Below are positions 49,829-63,000 of a DNA stretch of 64,000 nt, in pieces. Within the stretch, counting starts at the first letter, position 1; the number at the start of each line of letters is the position of its first letter. The notes below the pieces were generated by a model. It was given only the letters and a program-made list of their open reading frames with translations. It had not been told where the DNA came from and ran no database searches. The DNA lies in the NCBI GenBank assembly GCA_010909165.1, contig VJWM01000117.1, positions 62,001 through 126,000 of the forward strand, read 5' to 3'. The DNA comes from Anthoceros angustus (taxonomy: Eukaryota; Plantae; Anthocerotophyta). Both the position numbers and the translations under genes were made by a program.

Positions 49829-52800
49829 CGCAGGAGCTATTGGTACACTAAGTAATGAGGCACATAACACGAGGCGAATGGTTTTGCCTTCGGCATCCCA
49901 TATGTCATGGGGCCATGCCCACTCGCACCACTGCGCATGTCCACACCATCCCGCACACGTTACCGTTGGAGGCAACAGTGCTGCCGCGCCCGTTTGGACG
50001 CCCGCTCCCTTACACGCCGTCTCTTGTGCCAGGGTACACTTATGCCAGGGGATTAGTTTTGTTTCGAGACATGAAAGACCCTTACTTGCTATCCATTTCA
50101 GTGCTTGGGTGCTGCCAGCCCGCCTCCAGCCGACGGACTCAAGGGGCCTGGGATTGAGACAGAAAGGAGGTTTCGTGCACAATGGCAGTGTGATCCAGTT
50201 TGCAGCGCCTGCACAATGGTAGTGTATGGTTGTGCATTCACGCAGCCTTTCCACGCATTCACGCAGCCTTAACCCTTTGGGAGAAAGCTTGCTCCGTCAA
50301 ATTCTTGGCTGATGTTTGGTGTCTAGTTTCACAGCTCACTTGAAAGTGAATCTTTCAGGGTTTGTCTCGCCGAAAACGGACATCAAACTCCCCAAGAATG
50401 GGTGGAAAACGGATGCATAACAACAAGATTGCAGCAGAATGTTTCTTCCAGATCGCTTCATGCACTATTTGCAGAATGCCCTGGTCAATATCTCAAATCG
50501 AAGCCCTCTGCACGGGCTACAGAATGATATGTCTGTACTTTGGTTTGGCATCCAAATGCTTGCGGTATCATTGAAAAACGGATGCACAAGAACGAGAATG
50601 CAGCAGGAGGTTTTTGCTGATTTTTGCATGCACAGTTCACGGATTTCTGTGCCCAATATCTTGAATGGAAGGTCTATGCAGGGGTTACAGAATGATATGT
50701 CTGTATTGTGTTTTGGACCCCAAACAACGGAGTTCTGGTTGTAAGATGGATTGCGACAATCGCGTTTGCAGGTGAGTGAGCAAAGACAAAAACGTGGCCA
50801 GCCTTTGCACAATCGGCAAGGATCGGCATTTCTACATAATCGATTCACTGATGGCAGCCTTCCTCAGCTTGTTCAGCAAATGTAGGGCGCTTTGCCTTCG
50901 GAGGCAGTTTCCATGATAGACTGTTTTCCCAAAACGGTTTCTTCCTCTTCAAGCTATTGTCGGACGCTCCTATTGGCAAGAGGTATGGAATCTGCATTAG
51001 ACTATTCTCCTCAGCTTCTGCAGCCACACCTCTAACTGCTGGAACACACTGTATCAGCAACTGCATGGGGCCTCAATGCCAGGTTTCCTCTGCACTAAAC
51101 TTGATATGTTTTCCCAAACAGTTGCTAAGTTCATTTGGCGGGGACAGGAGCTCTCGTAATCCCATTTGTTCCAGCACCTTGGACAAAGGACGATGCACAA
51201 TTGTCAGCTCGTTTGAACACTACCACAAAGTTCAGCCTCCCGGCAGAAAATAGAGGTGCTTGTCTATACGATTCTTGTGAAGTAGCCACTGATGCATATA
51301 TACCCACAAGGGTTTCTGTGGGCACTACTTCCTGCAAGAGCATCATGACCTTCACTTGATGCTTACAAAGAAACCCAGATGAAATCTTGCATGTGCAGCT
51401 GCCCAAGGAGAGGCGTTAAACACATGATAAGCCTTGTCCTTCTTTGCATTCCGCTCCTCACGATAGCATATGGTTGCCCGACAAGGTAGGGATACATCGG
51501 ACTCTGGGATTTCCAATGCTTTGTTCAGGGCACTTCTGACAACCAGTTCTTGCTTATTATTCCTAATGATGCCACTCCGCTTACATTGTCTTTGGTACCA
51601 AAAATGTCTGTTCACTTCGTCCGTCAGGATATGTAAAAGCCATGAGTCGCTCACACGAAGATTCTTCTTGTGAGGAGACAACGGTACTTAAGGTGACGAT
51701 GATAAGCTTGATCAAGAGTTGCGTCTTGGCTGCATGAGGTATAGTCCTTCGCCTTTATCCACATGTCCATGACATCCCCCACCGCTGAAAATAATGCACA
51801 ACCGCTTCCGAGGCACCATACACCTCGTAAAACTCTTGAAGCTTCATCCGGGCTGATGCTAGATCATTCCTTGAGTCCATGTCCATGTACATAACATTTC
51901 CCAAGGCCTTCATCATGGCTGCCCTTACTTGGACTTGACTTTCTTCAAGAGGCCGCCACGCCACCGTACATGCCATAGACAGAGGAACACAAGAGTTGTG
52001 CTGCCAAATACTTGCATTGCTTTTATCTCCAGCGCATCGACAAGGAAAGCCGTAGGATGCCAATCTAAGCTAGTGCAATTTCCTTTGCAAAGGTAACCAC
52101 ATGGCCATGTGTTCTGAGATTGATCGTCACTACCAAAGCATCGGTATGCCATTGCGGTGATCATCGAACACCGGCAAAGTGAACAATTGAAAGAAATAAA
52201 GAGAAAGAGTTAGGAAGCCAATCCCACAATCTTGTGTTTGAAATGCAAAGAATCTAACCTTCCACTTGTTGGTGCCGAATGTGGCATCCATTGAAATGAT
52301 GGATTGATGCCCCGGTGAAGCATGCATTCCTCACGGAATCTTGTTTGAAACCCTAAAGTAAAATGTGTGCCCTCCATCAAGCACCGGTGGTGGGAAGAAA
52401 ACAATATCCTGTGGATGTCAATCCATAGCTTGACACCGACTTCATCAATGGTATGGAGTCTCCAAGTCCTTGCATCCAACTCACGCAAGTTGCGTATGTC
52501 CTTAGGCAAGAGAAAATCATCTCTATAAAGAGCGTTAGGATCCCCTTGCATCCTAACATAGACATCGTTCGTGATCACATAAAATCGGTATGGAGTGGTT
52601 TTGCACAAAAGTTTGTGCTTCACCCATTCTCTCTTGCTTCGATAAAGAAGGAGCAAGAGCACGAGGGAGCGCCGCGCTAACAATCCATGGCAAAGTCACC
52701 GAGGCATTCACATGATGCCACCGATCAAAACGGATTTGAGCAATATCTTGAAACAACTCCAATTGAGTAATAACAACCACAAACTCACAACCTACTTTCC

Positions 52801-53776
52801 TGCTCTCCCCACAAGCCACCTTGCTCCTTCGACTTCCCAGACTTTGGCCTGTTAGTCATGTCCACCAAGGGTGCATCACTTTGGAGACGGTTGTCAGATC
52901 TGGAACCATACGCACAGCAATACCTTATGTATTGTTTTGGTGTGGTTGGTGACAGGACATTATACTTACGTGCCTCCTTCTGGACGCGTCGCGTTTCACA
53001 AGCCTGGTTGGAAAAATTGGATTTTGCTCCTCACCTATCAAGAAGTCTGAAACCCTTTCCCATGGAATGTAAGCAGTCTTCACCTCTGTTACAATTTCTG
53101 AACTACATGTATGGTGTCCAGCCATTCCAAGCCGATTCTTGAAATGCACAGCGGTGGAGTCTGGATCTCATAAGGAAACCTTGCCATCTACAGAGGTAGC
53201 ATAACACCCAACGTCAAAATGCTTAACCGGCCCCGAGATTAGGCTAATTAAATGATCTCTATGAAGCAATCACAACTCTCGTGAATCAGTCGGAGGAACT
53301 GAAAACTTACACTTTACTGACGAGATGAACTACAAGCCCCCCACACCTAATCAATCCATCGCAGCACTTCCCGTACGCGCACGCCTGCCGCGCCTATAAG
53401 GACCATCATACCACTTCCCATAGCGTGATCAGCAACGCACATTGCTAGCTTGGTGTGACACACTCAAGTAATTGAGCGGGGAAGGTCCGGAGGCTTTCAG
53501 TAACATGTGTTTTGAAACCAAAGCGTTTTGCCCGCCCGTTTTCGTTTTCCTGGGATAACTATGCCCTCGCACAACTTAGGGACGGAGTTTGGCGGAACGG
53601 GCGTCCAAACGGGCGCGGCTTGCCGTCCAACGGTAACGTGTGCGGGATGGTGTGGACATGCGCAGTGGGTGCGAGTGGGCATGGCCCCATGACATATGGG
53701 ATGCCGAAGGCAAAACCATTTGCGCCGGCCTCGTGTTATGTGCCTCATTACATCGTGTGTACCAATAGCTCCTGCG
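49829..53776 (-). mobile_element. Mutator-like (MULE) DNA transposon with a decayed SWIM-containing transposase
   Basis: ~175-bp TIRs starting cgcaggagctattggtacac, TSD GTATTGGA/GTATTGGGA, and motifs SIISMDATFGTNKWK, VFDDHRNGIP, LCLWHV and SWIM CTCKISSGFLCKH. Confidence 0.9.
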
Positions 53777-53949
53777 GTATTGGGAACGAAAGGTAGAAAA
53801 CATTCTTCATGAAGTATGATGACTTTCTCAAACGCAGCACGCACGTGACGATTTTTTCCTGTCAGAGAAAAATGGTTTCCATTGGATACTGATGAGTAAG
53901 CCATCCTCTTCACGGAATCACGCACGTCGTCTGGTGTCCGGCTTTGGAA

Positions 53950-55133
53950 ATGGGGAGCTCGGAGTTTGCACTCTTGACTCTCCTGGCCCTGGCAGGACTG
54001 GGTCTCACCACCTGCACGGAGTCTTTGATGCAGCTCTGGCCGGAGTACGAGGTGCTGGAGGGAGTGGACGTTGTGTGGCAGGTTCCGCAAAACCCAAGAG
54101 CTGTGCTGCTGCTCCTGCATGGCTTCCAATCCAGCTCCACCATCTTCTGGGATCCCACTCCCAACTGCGCAAAATGCACTGGCTTGCCGGAGAATCGGGC
54201 CATCACTTTGGCTGCTCTGGACAGGGGCTTTGCAGTGATAGCTGTCTCCAGCGTCACCAATTGGATGCAATGGCCGGTGGAGGAGAATGTGGATGTGAGC
54301 AACGTGGTCACCATTCTGCGGGACTGGGGGCTGCGCTACGGCCTCACCCACTTGCCTCTCACCGCCATGGGAACCTCGCATGGCGGGCGCTTCCTGTCCG
54401 TGTTGGCCCATGCGCAGGACTTCTCCTCCATCGTGCTCATGATATCTGCAGGAAATGAGGACGCCATTGAAGCAGCTTACATCAGGGGCTCGTACCCACC
54501 CACTTTCTTCGTCCATGTAAGCACCTCCTCCTCCTCCCTCTGCCTTTCTTTCCCTTGTGCCTTCTCTCATGAAAATCAGCCAATAAATTTCAGGATAAAG
54601 ATACTGTCGGGAAGGCATGACGATGAAGCGAGCTCGTTGGATTGCAGATGCCCAGGGACAGCATCACAGAAGCATCGGTGAAGGCAAGCATGTCAAAGCT
54701 GAAGGGGAAGGGAATACCTGTTGGAAGTGTGACCTGCTCTCCCATCGCCCTTTATGCGGCTTACTTCACAGAGAGGATCCCTGGCCTTGGGCTGGAGCTC
54801 TCAACCCGGATCGTCGAGGCTCTGAGGCAGCACGGGTACCTGGACGCTCAGAGCTTCCTCACCAGCAACGTCACTGCGCCAGAGGGTTGGGGAGGCTGGT
54901 ATGATGTAGAGGATTGGGAAGGAGTGATGGCGGAGCTGCAGATTTTTCCTCTCCCGAACAACCCTTCTTCCAAGATCTTCTACGATGGAGTGTTGCAGGA
55001 GTTGAGACTAGCATATGCTTTCCACAGCACCACCAGCCTGCCGAGCCCGGCCATGCTGGACTGGCTGGATGTACATCTCGGGCTCAAAGATGACGTGGCT
55101 CAAGTCGCCACTCGTCACTCTGAAAGCATGTAG
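53950..55133 (+). CDS. Secreted or membrane-anchored alpha/beta-hydrolase-like protein (exons 53950-54516 and 54648-55133)
   Basis: Hydrophobic N-terminus, LLLHG, nucleophile elbow GTSHGG, PPTFFVH|MPRD joined by a GT-AG intron, and C-terminal AYAFH. Confidence 0.8.
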
Positions 55134-55382
55134 ACTGTTGTAATGCGTAGAAGAATGTCACAGTTGTACAGTGGCACAAATTGTCACAGGCACTGGGATG
55201 TTGTCGCTGCGTGCATAAATGTACAGCGAACGTTATTTTATTTTCGAGGGTAGCTGACAAGTCAGAGGTGAACAATGCCTCAAGCCCTACCCTGCTGTTC
55301 ACAGACTATTCTGCTTGCTTCACAGACCAGAACCATGGACGATTGACAATATTCCAGTCGAGACATACATCAACAAAAGCAT

Positions 55383-56385
55383 CTAATAGCTCCAGTCTCC
55401 GGCCTCAAGCTCCTTCCGTATCTTCTTCTCAGCTTCAGGATGCTCAGCCATGTACTCATCGACAGTTTGTGTCCTCAAATTTTCCTGCGCACACAATGCG
55501 GTTCATGAAGTTTCACGAAGAGAGACATCATAGAGCAAAATCATGTAACAAAACACATACCACCGTGAAACAACTCATCCCCTGATGGATAGTGCATACC
55601 AGCATAAACAGAAGCTAACATGCACAAACGGCCCGGCAAGACTTCCGAGGATGTCTATGCCCTAACCTTATACTTGCGAATGTCTTCAAGCTCAGCTTCA
55701 ATCTTCACCAAAGCCTGCTTCGAGCGCTCTTCAGATGCCGTTGCTTTAGCCACCTGCAACATTATATCAAAAGAAAACACTCATGACTCACAGCCCCGTG
55801 GCTTGTTTCCTACCATGCTCCCCAAGGCAGTCCTGGAATGCAAGCCAACCAGTCCCTACCAGCTCAAGATGCTTCTTCTGGTACTCAGGTGTGTAGGTAT
55901 CTTCATAATCAGGGACTTTGAGTGCTGCACGAACATAGGAATGAGATGAACTTGCACAGCCAGGGCTGCCCTAGGACTCAAGAGCCTCAGCAACCACTCA
56001 TGGATTGCAGATGCCGACTCACATTCATGTGACTTCTGGAAGATGTTGACGATGTTCGGACTCAACCTCTGCTTGTAGTAGTCCCAGTTTATAGCTGTCG
56101 GTTTCTGTCAAAACACCACTCAACACATCACCAAACCCAGCTCAACCGGACGGAGCCGAGCCCCAGGGGTTTCTCCGGAATCCACGAAACCAGGAGAAGC
56201 GTGGCACATTAGGTCAGGCTTGGGCTTACCAGATTCAGCTTGGTCTCCAGCGTGTAGGAAACATCGTCGTAGGCGAGGCGGAGCTTGGCAAGCTCGCGTC
56301 TGCCCTCCTCGGACAACACCACCTTGTTGAGAAAATCCCAGTCGATGGCACGCCCGACCTTGGTCACCACATTCTTGCCGCTCAT
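55383..56385 (-). CDS. ATPd: Mitochondrial ATP synthase subunit d, 5 exons
   Basis: RAIDWD..EEGRRELAKLR | INWDYYKQRL | VPDYEDTYTPEY | ..IEAELEDI | TVDEYMAEHPE..GDWSY*. Confidence 0.88.
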
Positions 56386-56836
56386 CCTGACGACCGGCTG
56401 GTCGCTCCCACCAACTGCCTCGCGGGCCGCAGCTGGACGCACTCGCTCGCAGATCTGTTACGCCTCCTTCGCTCCGTCCCAAGTTCAGGCCTTTGCCTTG
56501 ACGAATATGCACACCGAGTCCGCGAAACTTGCTATTGCCGGTTGCTGCCTGCCTCGGACCTATGGTCGGTAGTTAATTACATGCGTACATACGTGGTTGA
56601 ATGAGATGTAGGTATTTATACCCTGGAGAAGAAGAAAAGTCTATCATAGTCGACGCGGATGGAATGGGACTCGTATCATCATAATTCCTCGAATCGCTCG
56701 GCCCTGACGCTGGCGATGTTTCATTCAAGTTTCTGGCCTATGGTAGGATAGAGGCCCACCCTGGTGGTAATGGGTGAGAATTAGGGTTTGATTCCGGAAA
56801 AGGGAGCATGAGAAAGGGCTACCACATCCAAGGAAG

Positions 56837-57036
56837 AAGAAGAATGAAGAATTTTATTCAAGTCCACTAAGGACGGATTTCCGTGATGGGACTTGGTACT
56901 TAACAACTTGTATCATTGTGTGCCTAAGGGCATCCACTCCCTTTAAGCATCCCATCTAAGTACCGATCTAAGCTCAGGATGCTTAATCACGGCGTGCAAA
57001 TTTTTCTTTTTCACAGAATTCCGAGACTTTATAGAT
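56837..57036 (-). mobile_element. SINE/LINE-tail-like insertion with a (TTC)n end
   Basis: Interrupts 18S after CCAAGGAAG. Most of it is the reverse complement of 63706-63975. Confidence 0.75.
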
Positions 57037-57133
57037 TGCAGGCGCGCAAATTATCCAATCCCAACACGGGGTAATAGTGACAATAAATAACAATACTGTA
57101 CTTTTAGAAGTCGATACAATCTAAATCCCTTAA

Positions 57134-57777
57134 CCCCATAAGGCCGGCTGCCTTTTTGCCCCATTTTTAGCTTTTTTGCTGTTATTATGAATTATTAATT
57201 ACAGGAAAATCTTACCGCAATGTTCTCAATACCAAAATTACCGTGATGACCTCCTCTTTCCAACCATATGTTCAGACAAAAGCACCACCCCCTCAATGAA
57301 CATGCACAAATTTCCATAGCCATTTCGATCCACCTTGGGCACGAGCGTGAGGTGAGCATCTTTCTTTGCCTACCAATGTGTACATACTTTCTCGTTGAGC
57401 AAACTACACTACCAGATTCCCCACATTCAGAATAACAAGCTCGAAAAATTTGGGATGAATCCGAGTTTTTTCATTGACCAAAACAATTTTGAACAATCAA
57501 ATCCAAATGGGAGCGAAAGAGCACGGCCGGGGGTGGAGCGCGGAACGGCTTGGGCATTGTTAACATAGTTGAGCAGCATCTTCCAAGAATCTTTTGATCT
57601 TTGCATCATAGAGGGCGAAGATGGTGTCTGTTTTTTTCGAGGAAAAATGTGGCAGGTGGAAGAGGACCCGGCAATGCTCTGCTTCAAAGTCTCAGATCCG
57701 AAATCCGAGCACAAATAAATCCAGGACTCAAAACGAGGCTCTCATGACTCGGAATGAGTCGCTCCGGCCTTCTGGGG
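57134..57777. mobile_element. piggyBac-like non-autonomous TIR element, 644 bp
   Basis: 14-bp TIR CCCCATAAGGCCGG / CCGGCCTTCTGGGG (one mismatch), flanked by TTAA and TTAG. It splits the 18S sequence CCCTTAACGAG precisely. Confidence 0.75.
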
Positions 57778-59163
57778 TTAGCGAGATCCATTGGAGGGCA
57801 AGTTTGGTGCCAGCAGTAGCGGTAACTCTAGCTATATTTAAGTTGTTATAGTTAAAAAGCTCGTAGTTGGATCTTGGGGTAGGGTGACTGGTCCGCCTTC
57901 TTTGGTGTGCATTGGTGACCTCATCCTTTTGGTCTAGGATGTGCTCCTGGACTTAGCTACATGGGACGTGGATTCGACGATGTTCCTTTGAAAAAATTAG
58001 AGTGCTCGAAGCAAGCCTCATGCTCTAAATGCATTAGCATGAAATAATGGGATAGGACTCCGGTCCTATTATGTTAGTCTTCGGGATCGGAGAAATAAGA
58101 AAGCACATGCGAAGGATGTTTTCATTAATCAAGAAAAAAAATTGAGGGCTCGAAGACGATCAGTTGGAACGTGCTAAAGGAAGATGGAATGGCTCTCAAA
58201 TTGGACATGTTTCAACTCGAAAATCTCAAGCGCTATGCTCGGAAGGTCAGTAATGCAGTAGAGGAAGCAATTTGCAAGTGTTTCTAGCCTGGCATCAATA
58301 TGGATTGATGTCTTCATCAAACACAAGGCATGCATTGTGGGATACAGTCTTCTACAACCCTTGCGACATTTTGATGCAAGCAGTAAGTATTGGGGATGAA
58401 ATAATACACACTCGTATCGCAGGTAGAAGCAGCGATGCACTCATCGCAAGTAGCAAGACTCATCTGTCACTTTTGGTCTATGGAAAAGAAGTTGTTGTAT
58501 TTGAAAAAGATTTAGGACCAACAAGCGATTAGGTACAGCAACTTTGTAAGAAACTTGGGGCTTCATGAATCCTACTTACTTCTCAGATATGACGAACATG
58601 ATTTGTGTGGCCACAAACAATACTCATTTCCAAGTTTTGGCTGTAGATGGATGTAGAAAGACTTCTCTCGTGAAGAGTCTACGAGTCGAGGTCGGGTTCT
58701 TATCTTCCATTACGCAATCAGTCTCCATCAACTTCTTGTGCCTTGCATTGTCATGGGCTCCCAAGTTTGTGGATACTTCAAGGACAGTGCACCTTGAGAA
58801 AAATAGTCATGCGTATGGGCCTTTCGGGAACATAACGAGGACTATCCAAGTTTTGCCTTGTGTTGGTGTGAATAAAGAATAAATGAAGGCAACTAGATGT
58901 CTAGGCATAGCTTGATTGTGTGATAGGTATAGCAAAGTAATACCATGCTGTTCAATTTAGTGGTCCTGAAGTCGTGAAATACCGCATCGAGTACGGGTTG
59001 ACAATTGCGTAGGCTTGTATTTATCAATTTGCAGACAACGGCGTATATTCGACTGCTTTCAGGAAAGCGTGTGACATGATAGGGACGGTGAAGCAAGGGT
59101 AACAAGTACCGCCATGCCGGGCTGGCAACCATATCATATTAGCAGAACAAGTGACTCAATAAG

Positions 59164-59225
59164 GAGATATAGCTTAGTTGGTTAGAGCAGTCGGCACCCA
59201 GCTTGATAGACACCAGTTCAAGGTT
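59164..59225 (+). pseudogene. tRNA-like relic or SINE head
   Basis: A-box-like tagcttagttggttagagc and B-box-like gttcaa. No complete cloverleaf. Confidence 0.45.
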
Positions 59226-59504
59226 TGGTTACCTTCAAATTTGGTTACACCAATCTAATCCTAGTTACATTCTCATTCGCTTTACCTCCTACTATCTACT
59301 CGAACAATGCACAAGTTGAAACCATGCATTTTTCGAGCTCTTGAGGCTCTCTTGTTTTCATGACATTTGCTTGCGATTTAAACTTCTCTTGTTTTGTTGA
59401 AAAATGCTTGGGATTTAGACTTCGCTATCTCAAGGCTATCTCAGGGTCATTCCCCCAATCTTATAATAAATATTAGCTTTTGAATCTTGAAGGAGGAGGC
59501 AATT

Positions 59505-59875
59505 GACGCTAGGTTAAGTCCGAGGTCGATGTGAGGAGGATCCAATGCATATCTCAGTGGTAGTAACAAATATTCAAATGAGAACTTTGAAGAATGAAGT
59601 AGAGAAAGGTTCCATGTCAACAATAATTGGACATAGGTTAATCGTTCCTAAAAGATTGGGCAATACTGTATAAAGGCATAATGGGCACCGCATATCGCAA
59701 GGGCTTCAGGTTAATATTCCCGAACTGGGATGTGGCAGTGGACGGTAACGTGGCTGAATCTAGAGATGCTGGTGGGCCCCGGGAAGAGTTCTCTTTTCTT
59801 TTTAACAGCCTGTCTACCCTGAAATCGTATTCACCTGAAGATAGGATTCAGCAGCTGGTAAAGTACCACATGTCT
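59505..59875 (+). pseudogene. 25S rRNA: Degraded 25S/28S rRNA fragment
   Basis: gtggtagtaacaaatattcaaatgagaactttgaag, gaaaggttccatgt and gggaagagttctcttttcttttaacagcctg. Confidence 0.9.
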
Positions 59876-60027
59876 TTCTACCGTGCTACCCATCCCAACA
59901 TAGCAACCCCTTGCTACCTATCCCCAATAGAGTGACCCCTTGCTACCCATCCTCTGTTGATTCGTCCGGATGACTCTTAATTGTAGAGTTCCAATGAACT
60001 CATGTATGGAGATTACTTCTTCAAGGG

Positions 60028-63000
60028 TAATGCTTGAGTAATGTTGACAACATCATGCTTGAGCAGGCTCGCTCTCTCTGCACCGCTCCACCTATTCGCT
60101 CTCTCTGAACCTAGAGCGGGCGGGCGGGAGAGGGAGCGGGGGAGCAGTTGTGCAGCGGGCGTGGCGGGAGTGAGGGAGCGGCGGGCGGGCGGTGGGCACG
60201 AAGCGGGCGGCGGAAGGAACATGGTCCGACCAGCGAGGTGCCGATCATCCGGCGCGGAGGACCGGCGCGGCGGGAGGTGACCGGCTCGGCGCGGCGGAGT
60301 GGACGCTGCGGCGGGAGCGTGCGCGGGCGGGAGCGGACGGCAGACCGGGCGTGAGCGGGAGCAGGAGCGAGCGGGCGCTGGGCGCGCAGTGGGGCGCGGA
60401 GCGCGCCGTGCCCGGATCGCGACGAGCGGGCGGCTGCGCGGAGGTGGCGCAGTGCAGGAGCGGGCGCAGCGCGGAGTGGTGCAGAGGCGCGTGCGGTGGT
60501 AGGGGCGCGTTGCGGTGCGGCGCGTGTATGTACGGAGCGTGGCGGTGCGACGAGGTGCGGAAGTGGGCGGCCGTGCAGCCTTCCGTGGCGAGGCGGGCTC
60601 GGGCAGGTCCACTGCCAAGGGCCGGGCTGTCCGGACGAAGGTGGCCGCTTCATGGAGGTAGGGTGCGGAGGTAGGGTGGGCGGGTGGTGAGTCAGGAGGA
60701 CGGCAGGGGGCCACCCAGTTGCAGGCGGGGCCCGGCCGCGGCTGCGGCCCGGCCCGATGCGCCGCCGGGTATGCCACCGGTGCGTGTGTTTTTCTGCAGG
60801 TGTGGGAATTTATTTTTCCCGATTTTATTGAGTTTCTTTTGGTAGCTGGATTTCCCCTGTGTTTTGGTTATGAGTTCACGGGCACTAGTTTGGTGGCAGG
60901 TTCTGAGGTTGCGCCCTCTAGGCAAGGCTCTTTGGTCGGGTTTTGGGGTTCGCCATAAGGAGCTCACCTCCAGTATGTCCGGTAAAGGTGTCGTTTTGTC
61001 CCTGGCCCCTCGATACCCTCGGCCTGTCACCTGGCCTTTGCGGCTCTTTAGTACCCTACCCAATGGGGCGGTCTACACCTTCTATTACTGTCAAGGACTC
61101 TCCGTGTCCTGTCTGTGCTCAACTCTGCTACAATGTTAAGGGGGTGAAAACCCACATTGGGCATACAAACTTCGGTCGTTGAGTTGCTTGGCGGCGGTGA
61201 ATATGCTCGTCGTGGTCTTCAACCCCTCCCCCTGGCCCCCGCTTTTGAAGAGACCATTGTTGCCCTCCGTGCCCTCCATCCAGCATCTAACGATGCAATC
61301 CCCATATCGGACTATGTCCTGGAGGATCCTTCTCCCTGATGGGGCGCCTGCTCGCACTCTCACGACCCCACGCCTTTTTAGCCGGGTTGTCGAATGGTGT
61401 TTGAACACCAGGACCTTTTTCTCCCGAAGATCCATCTAGTGGCTTCCTGTAGCTCTTTTCTCGTCACGGTGGCTGGGTGAGACGCCCACCGATTTCCCAT
61501 GTTCTTGCAGCCTAGTAGGCTTGTCGCTATGGACAAGCGCCTGGGCGTGCGCCCACTCGTCGGGTTTCATGCCACTCACCAAGACTATTGCCCTTAGTGC
61601 CGCCTCTTCTCCATCAAAGACCTCAACCCCTTCAATTTGGCATTGCCACACCGGGGTGGAGTCCGTGGTGCTTGGAGTGAAGGCATGCCTTGATACCCAC
61701 CCGAGTGGTGGTCTTACAGTTGATGTCGAGAACGCTTCAATACCATCTCTAGGAGCGCCATCTTCGAGGAGCTTAGGGATGTCAAGGGCATCCCGGGAGC
61801 CTTATACCTTTTGTCCGGTGTTTTCTACGGAGGTCCTCCAACCTCTACTACCAAAGACAAGAACGCTCTTCGTGGGATTTGCCTCTGCCTTGAATCGGCC
61901 ATGGTGCAAGGCGACCCCGGGCGGTGCTCTTCGCCATTGCTCACTATAGGGCCCTATCTAGGCCGCCTTCTCGCCAAGACCGTTCTTCCCTTCACTGCAT
62001 TTACTCACATCCCTGCCTGGGACAAAGTTAAGGAGGCCTTTGAGCTCTTCTCTCATGAGCTTTGGTGGGCTTGAAGGTCAAGCCGCCCAAGGCTGCCGTC
62101 TCCGCTGGGGATTCTACCTACTTTGCGCCTCAGAGATTGCCCGCCTGGGATCATGGATTCTAGGGGTCCTCTTCGTTCCCCGACTTCACCTGGAGCTGAC
62201 CAGTTTCGCAGAGACCTCTCCCATGTCGAGGACCTCCTTTGCCGGAGGATGTGTGGCCTTTGGAATTCTTTCCTCCTGCTTTGCTAGGCGCCCGTTACCT
62301 CATCCAGACACGCCTCCGCCCCGACACTTTTGTCTCCTCTGCGGTTTGATAGGAAGATTATGGATACTTTGGGACATCCCGGGCCTGGGGCTTTTGAGTG
62401 CCCTATGGGCGATCCGCTCACGGCCTCTACTGCAATTTGAGGCACGTTCCGCTCACTGGAGGTCTCTTCCCGGCTGGGCTTCCGGCGCTGGGCCCTCTCC
62501 ATCCTCCATGACAGCCCTTTCCGAGGATCTCGATCGTGTGGAGGAGGAACCTTCTCCAAACATCCTTGAGGCAAGCTAGGACATGTTATCGTGGATGCTC
62601 AAGGACTTCCTCCTTTCTACATTTATTACTCGATGGTTTCAGGGGTTGCAGCATCTCGCCGAGAAGCACCGCCAGCTTTCCACCCGCCTCCAGACCCTCC
62701 ATCCCTGTGTCCACAAGAGCGCTGGCCCGCTCTTGTTCTCGAAGGGCAGTGCTATTGGCCCGCCCCATGCATACGGGTTTTCACATCGCACCAACCACCT
62801 TCACCATCGCGATGCGATTCCATCTGGCCTCGCCCACCGTGGCTTCTTCGCCCTTACTTGAAAGCGGCTCGCCTCGATGATTATGGTACACCTTGCGTTG
62901 TCCCAGGGGTCATCGCACTCACGACGCCATCCGCGATGTCATGTTCGCCATCGCCGCGAAAGCGGCTACATGGCCCGGAGGGAGCGGATGTATACCTCGC

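Larger units (their letters stand above)
56675..58163 (+). pseudogene. 18S rRNA: Degraded partial 18S rRNA gene with two insertions
   Basis: tggtaggatagaggcc, gctaccacatccaaggaag, gcaggcgcgcaaatt, ggtgccagcag, ttaaaaagctcgtagttgga and ggctcgaagacgatcag. Many substitutions and deletions. Confidence 0.92.

Noticed and set aside
60013-60777. 254-aa Pro/Arg/Ala-rich ORF
   Set aside because: It comes from the stop-poor GC-rich 5' region of the retrotransposon read antisense. No domain.
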